64,000 nucleotides of DNA from NCBI GenBank assembly GCA_036785375.1, contig JAWMAR010000032.1:6448001-6512000 (forward strand), written 5' to 3'. The DNA is from Leucoraja ocellata (lineage: Eukaryota). Within the stretch, counting starts at the first letter, position 1; each line of letters opens with the position of its first letter. Positions 48,147-61,833 of the stretch are shown here, piece after piece. Under the pieces are notes generated by a model. It was not told the DNA's origin and made no database searches. It worked only from the letters and a program-made list of their open reading frames with translations. Position numbers and translations under genes: made by a program.

Positions 48147-48559
48147 GTCTAGTTTTCTATGCCTATTCATGCTTCCCGTCATTGATCAGCTCATTAGAGA
48201 GTCTGCAGGAGAAGCTGCATGTCGCTTTGGTAATTTGGTTTTCTATATTCACCTTCATTATAGCTTGACATCATTGCACTTGAACTTGAGTACTGATTTT
48301 GGAGAGATTTCTGCTTTTGAAAATCAAGGTATTATTTTTTTCCATTTAAATGGATGTAATCATAAACATGCTAAATGCTTTACTATTCAGGTTTTTAGTA
48401 TCACTACCCTCCTGAAATTTGTGGTATGAATCAGATTTTGTTGCAATAGTAAGCTGATAAGCTGTTATCATGCAACTAAATCATCCTACCACAACCAGAG
48501 AGCAGTGCTGAAATACTATCTACCTCTTTAGTAACTCTCCGACTATCCTTGATCGGACT

Positions 48560-49720
48560 TAGAAACATAGAAAATAGGTGCAGGAGGAGGCCGTCCGAGC
48601 CAGCACCGCCATTCATTGTGATCATGGCTGATCGTCCCGTATCAATAACCCGTGCCTGCCTACTCCCCATGTCCCTTAACTCCACTAGCCCCTAGAGCTC
48701 TATCTAACTCTCTCTTAAATCCATCCAGTGATTTGGCCTCCACTGCCCTCTGTGGCAGGGAATTCCATAAATTCACAACTCTCTGGGTGAAAATGTTTTT
48801 TCTCACCTCAGCCTTAAATGACCTCCTCTTTATTCTAAGACTGGTTCTGGACTCGTCCAACATTGGGAAAATTTTTCCTGCATCTAGCTTGTCCAGTCCT
48901 TTTATAATTTTCTATGTTTCTATAAGATCCCTCCTCATCCTTCTAAACTCCAGTCAATACAAGCCCAGTCTTTTCAATCTTTCCTCATATGACAGTCCCG
49001 CCATCCCAGGGATCCATCTCGTGAACTTATGCTGCCTCAATCACAAGGATGTCCTTCCTCAAATTAGGAGACCAAAACTCTACACAATACTCCAGATGTG
49101 GTCTCACCAGAGCCCTATACAACTGCAGAAGAACCTCTTTACTCCTATACTGAAATATTCTTGTAATGAAGGCCAACATTCCATTAGCTTTCTTCACTGC
49201 CTGCTGTACCTGCACGCCGACTTTCAGTGACCGGTGTACAAGGACACCCAGGTCTCGCTGTACCTCCCCCTTACCTAACCTAACCCCATTGAGATAATAA
49301 TCTGCCCCCTTGTTTTTGCCGCCAAAGTGGATAACCTCACATTTATCTATATTATACTGCATCTGCCACGCATCTGCCCACTCACCTAATATGTCCAGGT
49401 CACCCTGCATCCTCCTAACATCCTCTTCACTGCCACCCAGCTTTGTGTTATACGCAAACTTGCTAGGGTTGCTCCTAATTCCCTCTTCCAAATCATTAAT
49501 ATATATGGTAAACAGTTGCGGCCCCAACACCGAGCCTTGCGGCACTCCACTCGCCACTGCCTGCCATTCTGAAAAGGACCCGTTCACTCCTATTCTTTGC
49601 TTCCGGTCTGCCAACCAATTTTCTATCCATGACAACACCCCACCCCCACTATCATGTGCTCTAATTTTAGTAACCAGTCTCCCGTGCAGGACCTTATCAA
49701 AGGTTTTCTGAAAGTCTAGA
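48560..49720 (-). mobile_element. CR1 LINE 3' portion, nested in a Rex1 3' UTR
   Basis: ORF 49027-49746 reads LDFQKTFDKV...GVPQGSVLGP...LEYCVEFWSP. Tail AGAAACATAGAAA at the left end. Rex1 UTR sequence lies at 48480-48560 and 49730-49895. Confidence 0.9.
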
Positions 49721-51746
49721 TTACATCCACTTAGAGATGGCTTCACCTTGCACTAAATGTTATTTCCTTATCCTGTATCTATGTACTGTAAACAGAACAA
49801 TTTTAATCATGATTTTGTTTTTCTGCTGACTGGTTAGCACGCATCAAAAGTTTTTCACTCTAACTCCTACGAGTGACAATAAATAAACTGAACTGAAGAG
49901 TTTGAACACAAAATTCAGAATGTAAATAAGGCAATATGATTTCTCTTGTCACTGATGTTCATTGTCCATTTTTTAAATATTAATTTTTCAATCCATAATA
50001 TTAAAGGAAAGTATTTGAGTTAACACGTACATTCAAGCTCCTCAGCTTAAGAATAAAAATGTTATTTCTTTATGTAGAGAAATCTTAGTATATTTTATTT
50101 TCTGGTTACATCTTTATATTTCTACCCACCATTTATAATTTGTTTATCTCATGGTGTAAAGTACTTCATTTGTTCTTGCTCAGGTGGTAAGGACTTTTAA
50201 TATTTAACCTTTTCAAAATATCCCATGTCGTTATGTATAAAATTGGATTTACATAGAAACATGTTGGGGAAGATGATCAGTCTTAGAAGCAAATTTCAAG
50301 ATGCGTGCCAATCATGGAGATATAAGTAGAATGGCATTGAGGTTTAATAGAATCTAAAGTTGTTTTACTGAATAGTTAGCACAAGCAATGACATTTAACC
50401 ATTTTTGTCATTAAAATCAGCCAGAAGTCCGTACCGTAACTTTGGCAACCTGTGACTTTGTGTGTAAATATCTGATGTGACCACCAGAGGGATTTGACAA
50501 TAAGGATAAAACTTGTTTAAAAAAAAATCAGATTGGTGCTTAACCAAGAACAAGCCATGGTCACAGATGCAGAGTTGATGGGTGAATGGGCTGTGAATTA
50601 AGAATTTTGGAAGCATTGTGCTTGTTTAGAGGATGAATAATGCAGTTGAATCATCTAGTCTCAAGTTATATTGTGTGTTACAACAGCAGATCTAAGAGTT
50701 GGGTAAGCTACTGAGATGAAATTGTGTATTGTGAGATGGTATGGATATGTGCTTTGAAAGTCTGGTTTTAGGTTACACCAGAATTGTGAATAATCTGATT
50801 GCCTGTGACCTAGAATCAAAGCTTGTGATGAAGTCCCAAGAAGATAATTTCAGATGTGCCATTGTTCAGTAAATGCCTGTTTAGGAAAATTATCGGACTG
50901 GGAACAGTCTAATACTTTGGAAACAATGGAAAGGTCAAGAGAGGTACTGAGGTGGAGCTAGCTTGGTGTCACCTATGTAAATGTGCAAATATGCTGTATT
51001 TTCATGTGACGTTGCCAAAAGGGCAGCAAGTATGTTGATGGATCCTTGAGGATTTGGGTAATGAACTGGGTAGGGAATCCAATGCAGTTGTTTCTCTAGT
51101 TGGAGTATTATGGAAATAGCAGTGTTCATTCACATCCAGTGGGACGACTATTAACAGCTGCGGGGAAACTATGTCATCCGTGCATTTGGATTACGAATGT
51201 GCAGAAGGACCTTTCTTAGTATTATGTGGCATAGCATAGTAAAAAAGGAATGTGCTGGGCCACAAAGTCATGGATTCTAGTGATACATGATTACAAACAT
51301 TGATCCGTTGCATTTTCTAGATAGATAATTTTTGGCTTCTGGATAAGTCCTTCGGATGGTGGTGGTGCCACATTTACAGAACAATGAATATCCTACATAA
51401 GAAATTAGAACTGTGATGGTCTCTCGTATTGGTGCTTTTGAGAGCAAAAATGTTGTGACTTGTCAGTGAAGATTTTATGCAGTTCTTATTATTTGCCCGG
51501 TTGATGTTGGTTGAACCAAAATGGTAGGTGATAATTTAATTTCTCTTTTCATTACTGGAAACCTAGACCGTACAAAGCTTATTGTGATCCATAATCTTTT
51601 ACAGCAATGTGGCCAATATTTAAATCTTTGAGCAACTACCTCGAATCTACATGGCTGGTGGGAAGAAAATGAATTCAAACTAGTCTTGGGGATCATTTAA
51701 AATTCATAATACCACCAAGATTAGCATAAACGATTAAAAAGACCCC

Positions 51747-52003
51747 CGGTCGGGCTGTCGGGTCGCTGGGTAGTGCTGTGAAGGATCGGTCGGGCTGTCG
51801 GGTCACCGGTTAGTGCTGTGAAGGGTCGGTCAGGCCGCTCGTAAGTGCTGTGAAGGATCGATCAGCCTGTCGGTAGGCCGGTGAATGCTGTGAAGGATTG
51901 GTCAGGTTGTCGGTGGGCCAGTGAATGCTGTGAAGGGTTGGCGGGCTGTCGGGCCGGCCCGTGGATGCTGCGAGGGCTCGGTCGGGCTGTCGGCTGGCCG
52001 GTG
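51747..52003. repeat. GC-rich 40-bp minisatellite, about 6.5 units
   Basis: TGCTG(T/C)GA(A/G)GG starts at 51774, 51814, 51846, 51886, 51926 and 51966. Confidence 0.85.
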
Positions 52004-52933
52004 TTGCAGCGAGCGGGTGGACTGACGGAGCCAGCGCTATGGAGGTGCTGAAGGCAGTGTGCAGGGCAGTGCTGCTCCTCACCCTCATCACCATGATGAT
52101 CCAGAAGAGCATGCTAGCCGAGGTGGACCACTTACTGAGCCCGCAGCCGGTCCCAAAGCGGCCCCAGCTCCAGAGGGGGGCGGGTTAGGGTTAGGCATTT
52201 TCCTCTCAGTGGAAGATGCCTTTGCCTTCCCCCAGCCTGGCACTGCCCCAGTCCCACTACTGCTGTGACCCCCACTCTGCATCCACGACAGTCAGTGGGG
52301 TTCAGTGAACAGTAGAACCCACAGGAACTGCCCTCACCCATTAATTAGGCTGGTCCAGGAGCTGGACCTCTGTGGCAGTCTCATTCACAATTATATTCAT
52401 TATATTATTTTTATATAATATAATTATATATAATTACAGTCATATTCACAAGTCATATATAAGTGTGTGGGTGTATATATAATAAAATATGGTTTAAATA
52501 GACAGCAGCACGGAATTAGGCTCCCCATAGAGTAATATGAACACTAGATGGCGCTTACTTTTAAGATCTCATTTTCTAATTAGCTTAATTAATTAATGTG
52601 CAACTTTTGGCACTGACGAGTTATGATTTCCATCTCAATTATATTTTTTCTAATCTGTTCAACATTTGAAGTCGTTCTCTTACATGGGTCACGAAAGCTA
52701 AATTCTAGACACATTTTCGATGCTCGGCCCACAGCCTAATACTTGAGACAGACGAAAAATCCTGTGTTCATGGTTTGAGTACGTGATCATTCTTGATATC
52801 GTAAATATTTAATGCACATTCTGAGTAGGTGCTTCTTTCTCCCTTCATTGGATTTGCCATAAATGTAGACAAAGCTTTGACACTAGCACTTATTTGATGT
52901 TGACATTTTACACAAATCTATTTTGTCCACTAG

Positions 52934-53046
52934 GTTGAGTATATGCTGTTATCATTTGATCACGAGCGTCAGAAAGTTCAGGTGTTGCTACAGGGAGAAG
53001 AAATTCTCCATGAACTGCAAAATCGAGGAGAAAAGGCCAATCCTAA
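52934..53046 (+). CDS. GCLC: GCLC coding exon 2
   Basis: Acceptor ttttgtccactag. Translates VEYMLLSFDHERQKVQVLLQGEEILHELQNRGEKANP(N). 113 nt, donor GTAAGT. Completes the conserved WGDE|VEY motif (E50, E52). Confidence 0.96.
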
Positions 53047-53591
53047 GTAAGTAAATATTTCATAAATTTATTTTTGCATTAGTGAATTTTCTCGGGCAGT
53101 ACAGTAGATGTTGCAGATAATTATAGGGAATGGGGAAGAAATAACCACGTTCTTTTTGCAGGATATCTCTGTTTTCCCTAGGTGGTGGGTTGTGAAGCAT
53201 TTTGCTGTTGATTGCCTGTATTAATTAAGACTCTTTGGAACAGTGGTGTTATAATAGTTACCAGCTACACTTCAGCACTAATTGGAAGAGATTCAATTTT
53301 CTTTGTTGCTGGTTTATCAACCATAAGCAGAGCAGTCAACCTGGAGCTGGGTAATTAAAAAACATCACAAATCACACTCATTATGCTTAAGCATAATTCT
53401 TATGAGCTGCATGTTCCAATTCTAAGATTGAGCATCATAGATGAGCATTTTATTGACCAACCTGAAGTGCACCCCTTGGTTTTGGGTGGTATCTAATCAT
53501 GAAATATCTTTGATTCAACCAATAAATATTGTGTCCCTCCAGAGATAATTAGTGCTTGACAAGGAAATAGCCATATTTCCTCTGCTGATCA

Positions 53592-53877
53592 TTTAGTTTA
53601 GTTTAGAGATACAGCGTGGAAACGGGCTCTTCGGCCCACCAAGTCCATGCCAACCAACAATTACCCGTACACAAGTTCAATGTTATCCCAGTTTCGCATT
53701 TACCCACTAGGGGCAATTTACAGAAGCCAATTAACCTACAAAATCAGAACATCATTGGAATATTGAAGGACACCAGAGCTCCTGGAGAAAGCTCACAAGG
53801 TTACAAGGAGAACATACAAACTACAGACAGCACCCGTAGTCAGGATTGAACCTGGGTCTCTGACGCTGTAAGGCAGT

Positions 53878-53908
<31 letters not shown>

Positions 53909-53918
53909 CACTGTGCCG
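53592..53918 (-). mobile_element. V-SINE copy with a (CTG)n expansion in its tRNA head
   Basis: (TTTAG)n tail at the left end. A (GCT)n run at about 53881-53905 interrupts the head. Confidence 0.78.
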
Positions 53919-54914
53919 TCCATCGAGTGTTCATGTTCATTGTGGTAGATCTGCTGCCTCAGTGCCAAGGACCCGGATTAGAGTTTACGTTCTTCCTGTG
54001 GCCTAGATGGGTTTCCTCTGGGTGTTCTGGTGTCCTCCCACATCCTAAAGATGTGCTAATTTGAAGGTTAATCGATCGCTCGTAAAATTGCCCCTAATGT
54101 GAAGGGTGTGGAGAACATAAACTCGGTGGGCCAAGGAGCCTGTTTTCATGCTGTATCTCTAACTAAGATAATGCTGACACTTCCTTGCATTCCTGCTGAG
54201 ATTAACCATTGGGAGACAGGCCTGTCTATATCTTAGAACATTACAGCATTTAGACCAAATGGATCGATCAAGCCTTATCACAAACCGGCTGGATCACTTA
54301 TAAGCACCAATATGTTTGTTTAATAGGTCAGGAGCACTCTTCTGACACATGTTATGCCTTCTGTTGAAATTGAATGCCTTAAAAATATAACATACTGCAA
54401 AGAGCTACTCTTGCAGAATTGTATCTCGAGGGCAAAATTACCTGTGCAAATCATTCTTTTTATTAGGTCCTAATGCGGTGTTATTCATATATGGATATAG
54501 GTTTAACATATGCAGTAAATAAACATCACAAAACTGCAGATTCTGGAGGTCTGAAATAAAAGTAAGCATGGTGGAAATAATAAACATTAAGGTGGCATCT
54601 TTGGGGAGCAAAACCGAGCAAACCAGGAAGTGTCTTTTGATGTGAGACATGTAATCCAGTTTCTCTATTCACTTTCCACCATTTTCTATTTTTGTTAAAT
54701 ATTGCGGTTGCTTAAATTGGGAGAAAGAATCCTTGCACTAAATTATCACTTAGTAACTTGCTACCGTAGAGAAATTTGTACAAACTAACATATTATATGA
54801 AATTTGCAATTAAGATTCAAATTAATTGACTTAAAAAACCATAGATGCAGCCAAATTCCTGAGTGAATCTGCTGTATAAAATAACAGTCCAATGTTATGA
54901 TATTTTGCCCAAAG

Positions 54915-55097
54915 CCACCCGACTCTTTGGAGACCTGAGTATGCAAGCTATATGATTGAAGGAACACCCGGGCAACCATACGGAGGGACGATGGCCGATT
55001 TTAACACTGTGGAAGCAAACATGAAGTTGCGGCGACAGGAGGTGCATGCCTTGTTGAAGCCAAATGAGACCATTTGCACCATCACTGCTTTCCCTCG
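54915..55097 (+). CDS. GCLC: GCLC coding exon 3
   Basis: Acceptor ttttgcccaaag. Translates (N)[60 protein letters not shown](R), including conserved E96 and E103. 183 nt, donor GTTAGT. Confidence 0.97.
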
Positions 55098-55755
55098 GTT
55101 AGTAAATGACTTCACAAAGTAGCATGATATAAGCTCTGAATGTTTTGCTTTTAATCTATCTCTGAATTCTTGAAGGTTGTGTTGTCCCGTTTCTCCCCCT
55201 CCCCTTTATTGTCAGAGTTGGGTTTTATTGGATGGTATGTGTGATTTTTCACTTGCAAAAAAATGGGACCCCATAACAGCGATTCAATTCTTAATGCTTT
55301 ACTTAGGTGACATTTTATTAAAGTCTAATGACATTAGCATATTAGGATGAGCATATTAAAGGAATGTCATAAATTATCAATACCAATGCTTATCTCCAGG
55401 CTTGTTCTGTTTTTAAGTGGCTGTTCGAGAAGGCTGAGGTTTTTCCAAAGCAGTTCTTTATAGTCAATTGTCTATTATCTATATTCTGAAAACAATTTAT
55501 TTAAAGTAGTTTTCAATTCCTGAGAAGCTTTGGGATGTGTGGTAATCTACAACTCTTTAAACTAGAGGGCCGACCAGTTTTTTGTTTTACCGAGTTTTTT
55601 CCCCTTTTATTGTCCATCCAATGATATATTGATTTACTTGTATGGCAATAAATGATTGATCAGCCACTAAATTCTGGGGACAATCTATTTTTGTGCTCTA
55701 TTCAAAGGCTTAAGCTGAAGATAAATTCAATTTGATTGCTTAAGTATTGGAAAAG

Positions 55756-56352
55756 CTTCCGAGCTTTCAGGTGCTGTAGAGGTTCACTTGTACCTCCTCC
55801 AACCTCATCTACTCGCTGTTGACTCATATATAAGCGAGACCAAGCATAGACTGGCTGATCGTTTCGCTGAACACCTATGATCAGTCCACCTTGGCCAACG
55901 TGATCTCCCGATTGCCAAACATTTTAACTCCCCTTCCAGTTCCCCTGCTGACTGTTCTGTCCTGGGTCTCCTCCGTTGTTCGAGTGAGGCCACATCCAAA
56001 TTGGAGGATCAACACCTCATATTTTGCTTGGGCAGCTTACAATCCAGCAGTATGAACATTGATTTCTTTAATTTCAAGTAACCCTTGCATTTCCTCTATC
56101 TTCACCCTCCCCCACCCTGGTTGTCCTGCCAGTTTCACTGTTGTGTCCCTTTGTTATCACCTCCACAGCCAACAATGAACAATTGTGGGCTCCTTGGCCA
56201 TAGGCTCTGATTTGTTCTGTGCCTTTTCATACCTCGAGTTTCCCCCTTCCCTGACTGTCAGACTGAAGAAGGGTCTTGACCCAAAACATCACCTATTCCT
56301 TTTCTCCAGAGATGCTGCGTGACTCATTGAGTTATTGCAGCAGTTTGTGAAT
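55756..56352 (+). mobile_element. Penelope-like element 3' end (GIY-YIG remnant plus terminal repeat)
   Basis: Nucleotide similarity to the reverse complement of 47477-48050 (ttcacttgtacctcctccaacctcatctac...gatcgtttcgctgaacacc). Confidence 0.8.
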
Positions 56353-57136
56353 ATTTTCGGTTTCAACCTGCATTTGCAAGTCTTTCCTCCATATAATGTC
56401 TGTCACATTGGAAATGCACTGTTTGAGGGAAAAGACAAGTTCCATGATGATTTGCTCTCCCACTACCTTCTCTTTCTTGCACATGCACCTGTTTTTATAA
56501 TTATTTTCACCAATTGAACTACAATGCCTAATTATGAGTGGGAGAGGAGGATAACATTAACTGGTTAGTTTTGTCGGCTTTACCAAGAGCCACTAAGCGC
56601 CTCTTTTATTGAACCTTGAAACCACCAACACATGCATAGTTCAATGATTGTGATTAGAAATTGATGCTGTGTAGCTGACCAATACCCAGGCTTGAATTGA
56701 AACATTTTAGTTGACTGTAGTGCAGAACTGAGGATATGCTGTCTACATTCTTGGATGAAACCTCAGGAGTATCTGATCTTGGATCAACGGTCAAAAGCCC
56801 AATGGTATAGATTGTGTCAAATTAATGCAACGGTCTTACAATTCAATTGTTGCTCAGCATTTTGTATGAATAAAAAAACGAATGTAAATAGTGAACAGAA
56901 AAACACTGTACCCTCTACAGGGTACTTAGTGTTAGACCACGGGAACAGGCCCTTCGGCCCAACTCTTCCATGCTACATTAGAGTTGCCCAAGTAGCCCAT
57001 CTAAGCTAGTCCCATTTGCCTGCATTTGGGCCATATCTACTTCAGTCATTTCCTACATATGTAACATGGCCTGTTTCTGTGCTTTATGACTCTAGATAGA
57101 CATAAAATGCTGGAATAACTCAGCGGAACAGGCATC

Positions 57137-58281
57137 ATACAAACTTAAAGCACACGGTATTGGGGGTTCAGTATTGATGTGGATAGAGAACTGGCTGGCA
57201 GACAGGAAGCCAAGAGTAGGAGTAAACGGGTCCTTTTCACAATGGCAGGCAGTGACTAGTGGAGTACCGCAAGGCTCAGCTCTGGGACCCCAGCTATTTA
57301 CGATATATATTAATGATTTGGACGAGGGAATTGAATGCAACATCTTCAAGTTTGCAGATGACACGAAGCTGGGGGGCAGTGTTAGCTGTGAGGAGGATGC
57401 TAGGAGGCTGCAAGGTGACTTGGATAGGCTGGGTGAGTGGGCAAATGCATGTTAGATGCAGTATAATGTGGATAAATGTGAGGTTATCCACTTTCGTGGC
57501 AAAAACAGGAAAGTAGATTATTATCTGAATGGTGGCCGATTAGGAAAGGGGGAGATGCAACGAGACCTGGGTGTCATGGTACACCAGTCATTAAAAGTAG
57601 GCATGCAGGTGCAGCAGGCAGTGAAGAAGGCGAATGGTATGTTAGCATTCATAGCAAAAGGATTTGAGTATAGGAGCAGGGAGGTTCTACTGCAGTTGTA
57701 CAGGGTCTTGGTGAGACACCTGGAGTATTGCATACATATTTGGTCTCCTAATCTGAGGAAAGACATTCTTGCCATAGAGGGAGTACAGAGAAGGTTCACC
57801 AGACTGATTCCTGGGATGTCAGGACTTTCATATGAAGAAAGACTGGATAGACTTGGTTTGTACTCGCTAGAATTTAGAAGATTGAGGGGGGACCTTATAG
57901 AAAGTTACAAAATTCTTAAGGGGTTGGACAGGCTGGATGCATGAAGATTGTTCCCGATGTTGGGGAAGTCCAGAACAAGGGGTCACAGTTTAAGGATAAG
58001 GGGGAAATCTTTTAGAACCGAGATGAGGAAAACTTTTTTCACACAGAGAGTGGTGAATCTCTGGAATTCTCTCCCGCAGAAGGTAGTTGAGGCCAGTTCA
58101 TTGGCTATATTTAAGAGGGAGTTAGATGTGGCCCTTGTGGCTAAAGGGATCAGGGGGTATGGAGAGAAGGCAGGTACAGGATACTGAGTTGGATGATCAG
58201 CCATGATCATATTGAATGGGCTCGAAGGGCCGAATGGCCTACACCTGCACCTATTTTCTATGTTTCTATGTCTATGTTTCT
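57137..58281 (+). mobile_element. CR1 LINE 3' portion (RT C-terminal half plus 3' UTR), inserted in a Penelope terminal repeat
   Basis: [10 protein letters not shown]...[11 protein letters not shown]...[10 protein letters not shown]...FNVDKCEV-like motif...LEFRRLRGDLIE, with two premature stops. Tail is (TTCTATGT)n-like. The Penelope repeat is split at ggcatc|...|ctctggag. Confidence 0.92.
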
Positions 58282-59701
58282 AACTCTGGAGAGAAGGAAT
58301 TAAACCAGCATCTGCAGTTCCTTCCTACACTGTATGGCTTTAAGTACAGTTTTTTTTTGCTCACTAACTACATACAAAATGTTTATTCCATACAAAATGC
58401 TGTGCTACAATTGGATTGGATCACCTTTGCATTTAAATGTCTTTTAAATTCTGTTATTGTACCTGCACCTATTATTTCTTGCAACTTATTCTAAATGCCA
58501 ACCACCCTTTGTGTGGTAAACATTACTATTCAGGTCCCTATTGAATATTTCCCCTGTCACCTTAAACCTCTACTTTCTTGTTCTTGATTCCCCAACCAAG
58601 GACAAATCAGTTGTAGATTAGCCCACTTCCTAAAGCTTCTCAGGAATTGAAACTAATTTGAAATAAATGTTTGTGTATTACCCAGCATCTGCAGTTTTTT
58701 GTTTCTATAGGTTGCACTGTATTGTTGAGGGTACTAGATACTTTCTGTGTTGCCTTTGAGTGTGCACATAAAACCTGGATCATTGTGTGTAGGAAAGAAC
58801 TGCGGATGCTGGTTTAAATCAAAGGTAGACACAAAATGCTGCAGTAACTCAGCAGGACAGGCAGCATCTCTGGAGAGAAGGAGTGGGTGACATTTCGGGT
58901 CAAGGCCCTTCTTCAGACTTATTTGGCTTTTGTCTTTTTTTCAGGTCTACTGCTCCATCTTGTGTCTACATCATAGACAACTTAGTTGCCGATTGTTAGC
59001 ACTTTTGGAGATCAACCCCCTTGTTTTCATTAGAACGTGGGGCCAATGTTTGAGATTATTTCACGAATATGCTACCTCTCACACATCTTGCTGTAAGATT
59101 AGAGCACACATATTGACCTGCTTTTTGCACTGTTTCAATTAGCATCGGTAGATAACTAATATTTGGTAGAGGACTGGAAGAATTCCAAAAAAAGATCTTC
59201 AATATTTTGAGTCGAGACCCCAAACCGTCACCCATTCCTTCTCTCCAGAGATGCTGCCTGTCCCACTGAGTTACTCCAGCATTTTGTGTCAAACTTGGGT
59301 CATTTATCCATCGTACAAGTCTGTTGTGTATGTGCAGCTATTATATCTTAAAGGTCGTTTTTACATGTTTACTCTGTGGGCTGGGAGTATAATTACCTTG
59401 CTTCACAATGTTTGATTGCACTTGTATGTCATTGAATACTGTCAATTGAACTTCTGTGTATGAGCTGCTGCTCTGCTGCTCTTCCAGTCAGTGGATCATT
59501 TTGTCATGCCATGCACAGTTTTTGCCTAAGATTTTTTTTACTGAGGTATTATTCAATTAGAAAGTTTTGCATCCAGTGCATACCGAAAATAGAAACAATA
59601 TAGTAATCGGGTGTTGACAGTGAATGAAATGGATGAGAAAGAATAACAAACTAATCTTCCGAACATTTTGTGTAAATGATCCTAAATTTAATATTTTTCA
59701 G

Positions 59702-59815
59702 GCTTGGGTGTCATCAGTTCACACAACCTGTTTATGAGCCAAAACCAATTGAAAGTGGAGCATCTAAATCACTCTTTTTCCCAGATGAAGCAATTAACAA
59801 GCATCCAAGATTTAG
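59702..59815 (+). CDS. GCLC: GCLC coding exon 4
   Basis: Acceptor atatttttcag. Translates (R)LGCHQFTQPVYEPKPIESGASKSLFFPDEAINKHPRF(S). 114 nt, donor GTGAGT. Confidence 0.97.
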
Positions 59816-60856
59816 GTGAGTTAATGTGAATCTCACTTTATTCCTGAAAATGCCAAATGCAAATTTGTGGGTTTTTAGTGAAGCCCTACAACTCTAACGT
59901 TATATCAACAGCTAAGTAAATGCTTGGTCAGTCATGAACATTGTCCATCCAAATAAGAGTACACCACAACAAGCTTGGATGAAGTAGATTATATTTGACA
60001 GTACTTTTGCCACCTATATTAAAAATGTTTGTTGTAAGCTATGTTTCCATTTTGAATAGATTATTTATCACAATGACAAAAACAAAATTTAATCAAAAGA
60101 TAGTTACCCTATACAGTAATGCCAGAACGAAGATTATGTTGACTTATCAACAACATCAGCTGACATGTTCTGAGGACTTGCTTCCTCTTATCTATTGCCA
60201 ATTTGGCAATACAAAACATTTTTCTTTTCATTCTATCAACACATCAAATTCTAAAAGCTCCTTCCGTTTTCTCTCAAGTACCGACTGTAATAAATTAATC
60301 ACGATGCACATTGAACCTTAATGCAAACAATCTAACTCCGCGTTTTGGTGCAGAACGGATGTCGCACTAAAAATATATTAAAAATAATTAAAAAGTGGAT
60401 TTGATCTTTTGAGGGCATCCACGTGATAATGCTCTTGCAATTTTTAAATTTTGATATTGTTCAGAGGGTGCACATTATAAATAACAAACGTTTGTCATAT
60501 GGGCCTTTTTTCCTGTATGCTAAAGATTCCTTTCTGGTATTTGTGATCAGATATAATTTTTTATAATGTGGATGTGATTCCCTGCCAAGATTCCCTCCAT
60601 GTGAAAGGTTCTCTAAGCATGCTTAAATCAAGAAATATGACGTTACTCTCTTCAACTAGAATGTCTTGTAGTTCTCAAATTGTGTTGGCCTTTTTACTTG
60701 GTATTTAAACTGTTAATAGGCATGTGCACATTGTGAAATATTACTCTAGAGAAAGAGGATATTTAGCATGTGCTAGCTGTGAGCTATCCAGTTGCCAGCC
60801 ACACTGGGCTAGGAATCTGTCTATTTTCAATCTATTTAATGTCTTCCGCAGGATCA

Positions 60857-61600
60857 ATAAGTAAGTAAGTTTATTGGCCATGTATTCACATACCAGGAAT
60901 TTGCCTTGGTGCTCCGCCCACAAGTAACAACATGGCATACAGTGACAGTTACGAATGACTCAGAAAACATTAAACATTAATAATAATAATAAAACATTAA
61001 TGATAAAACACCATTGATCAAGCATGTGAACCAACAAAATACCAGATCAACGGGAGGCTACAGATTTTTGGTGTTGAGTAGAGCAACTACTCGTGGATAA
61101 AAACTGTTTTTATGTCTGGCTGTGGCAGCTTTGACAGTCCGGAGTCGCCTTCCAAAGGGAAGTGATTCAAAGAGTTTGTGGCCAGGGTGAGAGGGGTCAG
61201 AGATGATCTTGCCCGCTCGCTTCCAGAGCCCTGGTAGTGTACAGTTCATCAATGGAGGGAAGGTTGCAGCCAATAACCTTCTCAGTTGATCGGACAATTC
61301 ACTGCAGCCTCCAGGTTGTCGTGCTTGGTGGCTGAGCCAAACCAGACCATGATGGAGAAGGTGAGAACAGACTCTACGATGGCCATGTAGAATTGGACCA
61401 TCATTGCCTGTGGCAGATTGTGTTTCCTCAGCTGCCGCAGGAAGTACATCCTCTGTGGTGCCTTTTTGACTGCGGAGTCAATGGTAGCCCCCCACTTAAG
61501 GTCCTTGGAGATGATGGTTCCCAGGAGCTTAAAAGACTCCACAGATGTGACTGTGGTGTTGTTGATGGTGAGAGGGGTAAGGGGAGGGGGAGCTCTCCTA
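60857..61600 (-). mobile_element. Rex1-type LINE 3' fragment (GCLC intron 4)
   Basis: VESFKLLGTIISKDLKW...QRMYFLRQLRK...NSFYPRVV, frameshifted. (TAAG)n tail at the left end. Confidence 0.85.
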
Positions 61601-61833
61601 AAGTCTATATGTCTAAGATTCATGTTTATTAAATAGGATATCTCAACAGGCACATGATATTGGTCCTTTTAAACCGATCACATCCAGTGCTTCGAACTTC
61701 TAACATGACTTAGTGAATATGGCAATAGCTGTACTAACAAGTTCATAAACTGTAATATCCCAGCAGCCTGATTCAGTATAAACTAGTATATTTTTTATAA
61801 TGTTGTCTGTTCTTGTATTGAATTTTTCTTCAG

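Noticed and set aside
51747-52003. CRISPR-like repeat array
   Set aside because: The spacers are related to each other, the context is a eukaryotic intron, and there are no cas genes; it is a minisatellite.
59995-60321. 108-aa intronic ORF
   Set aside because: TTG start, AT-rich, with no homology or splice support.
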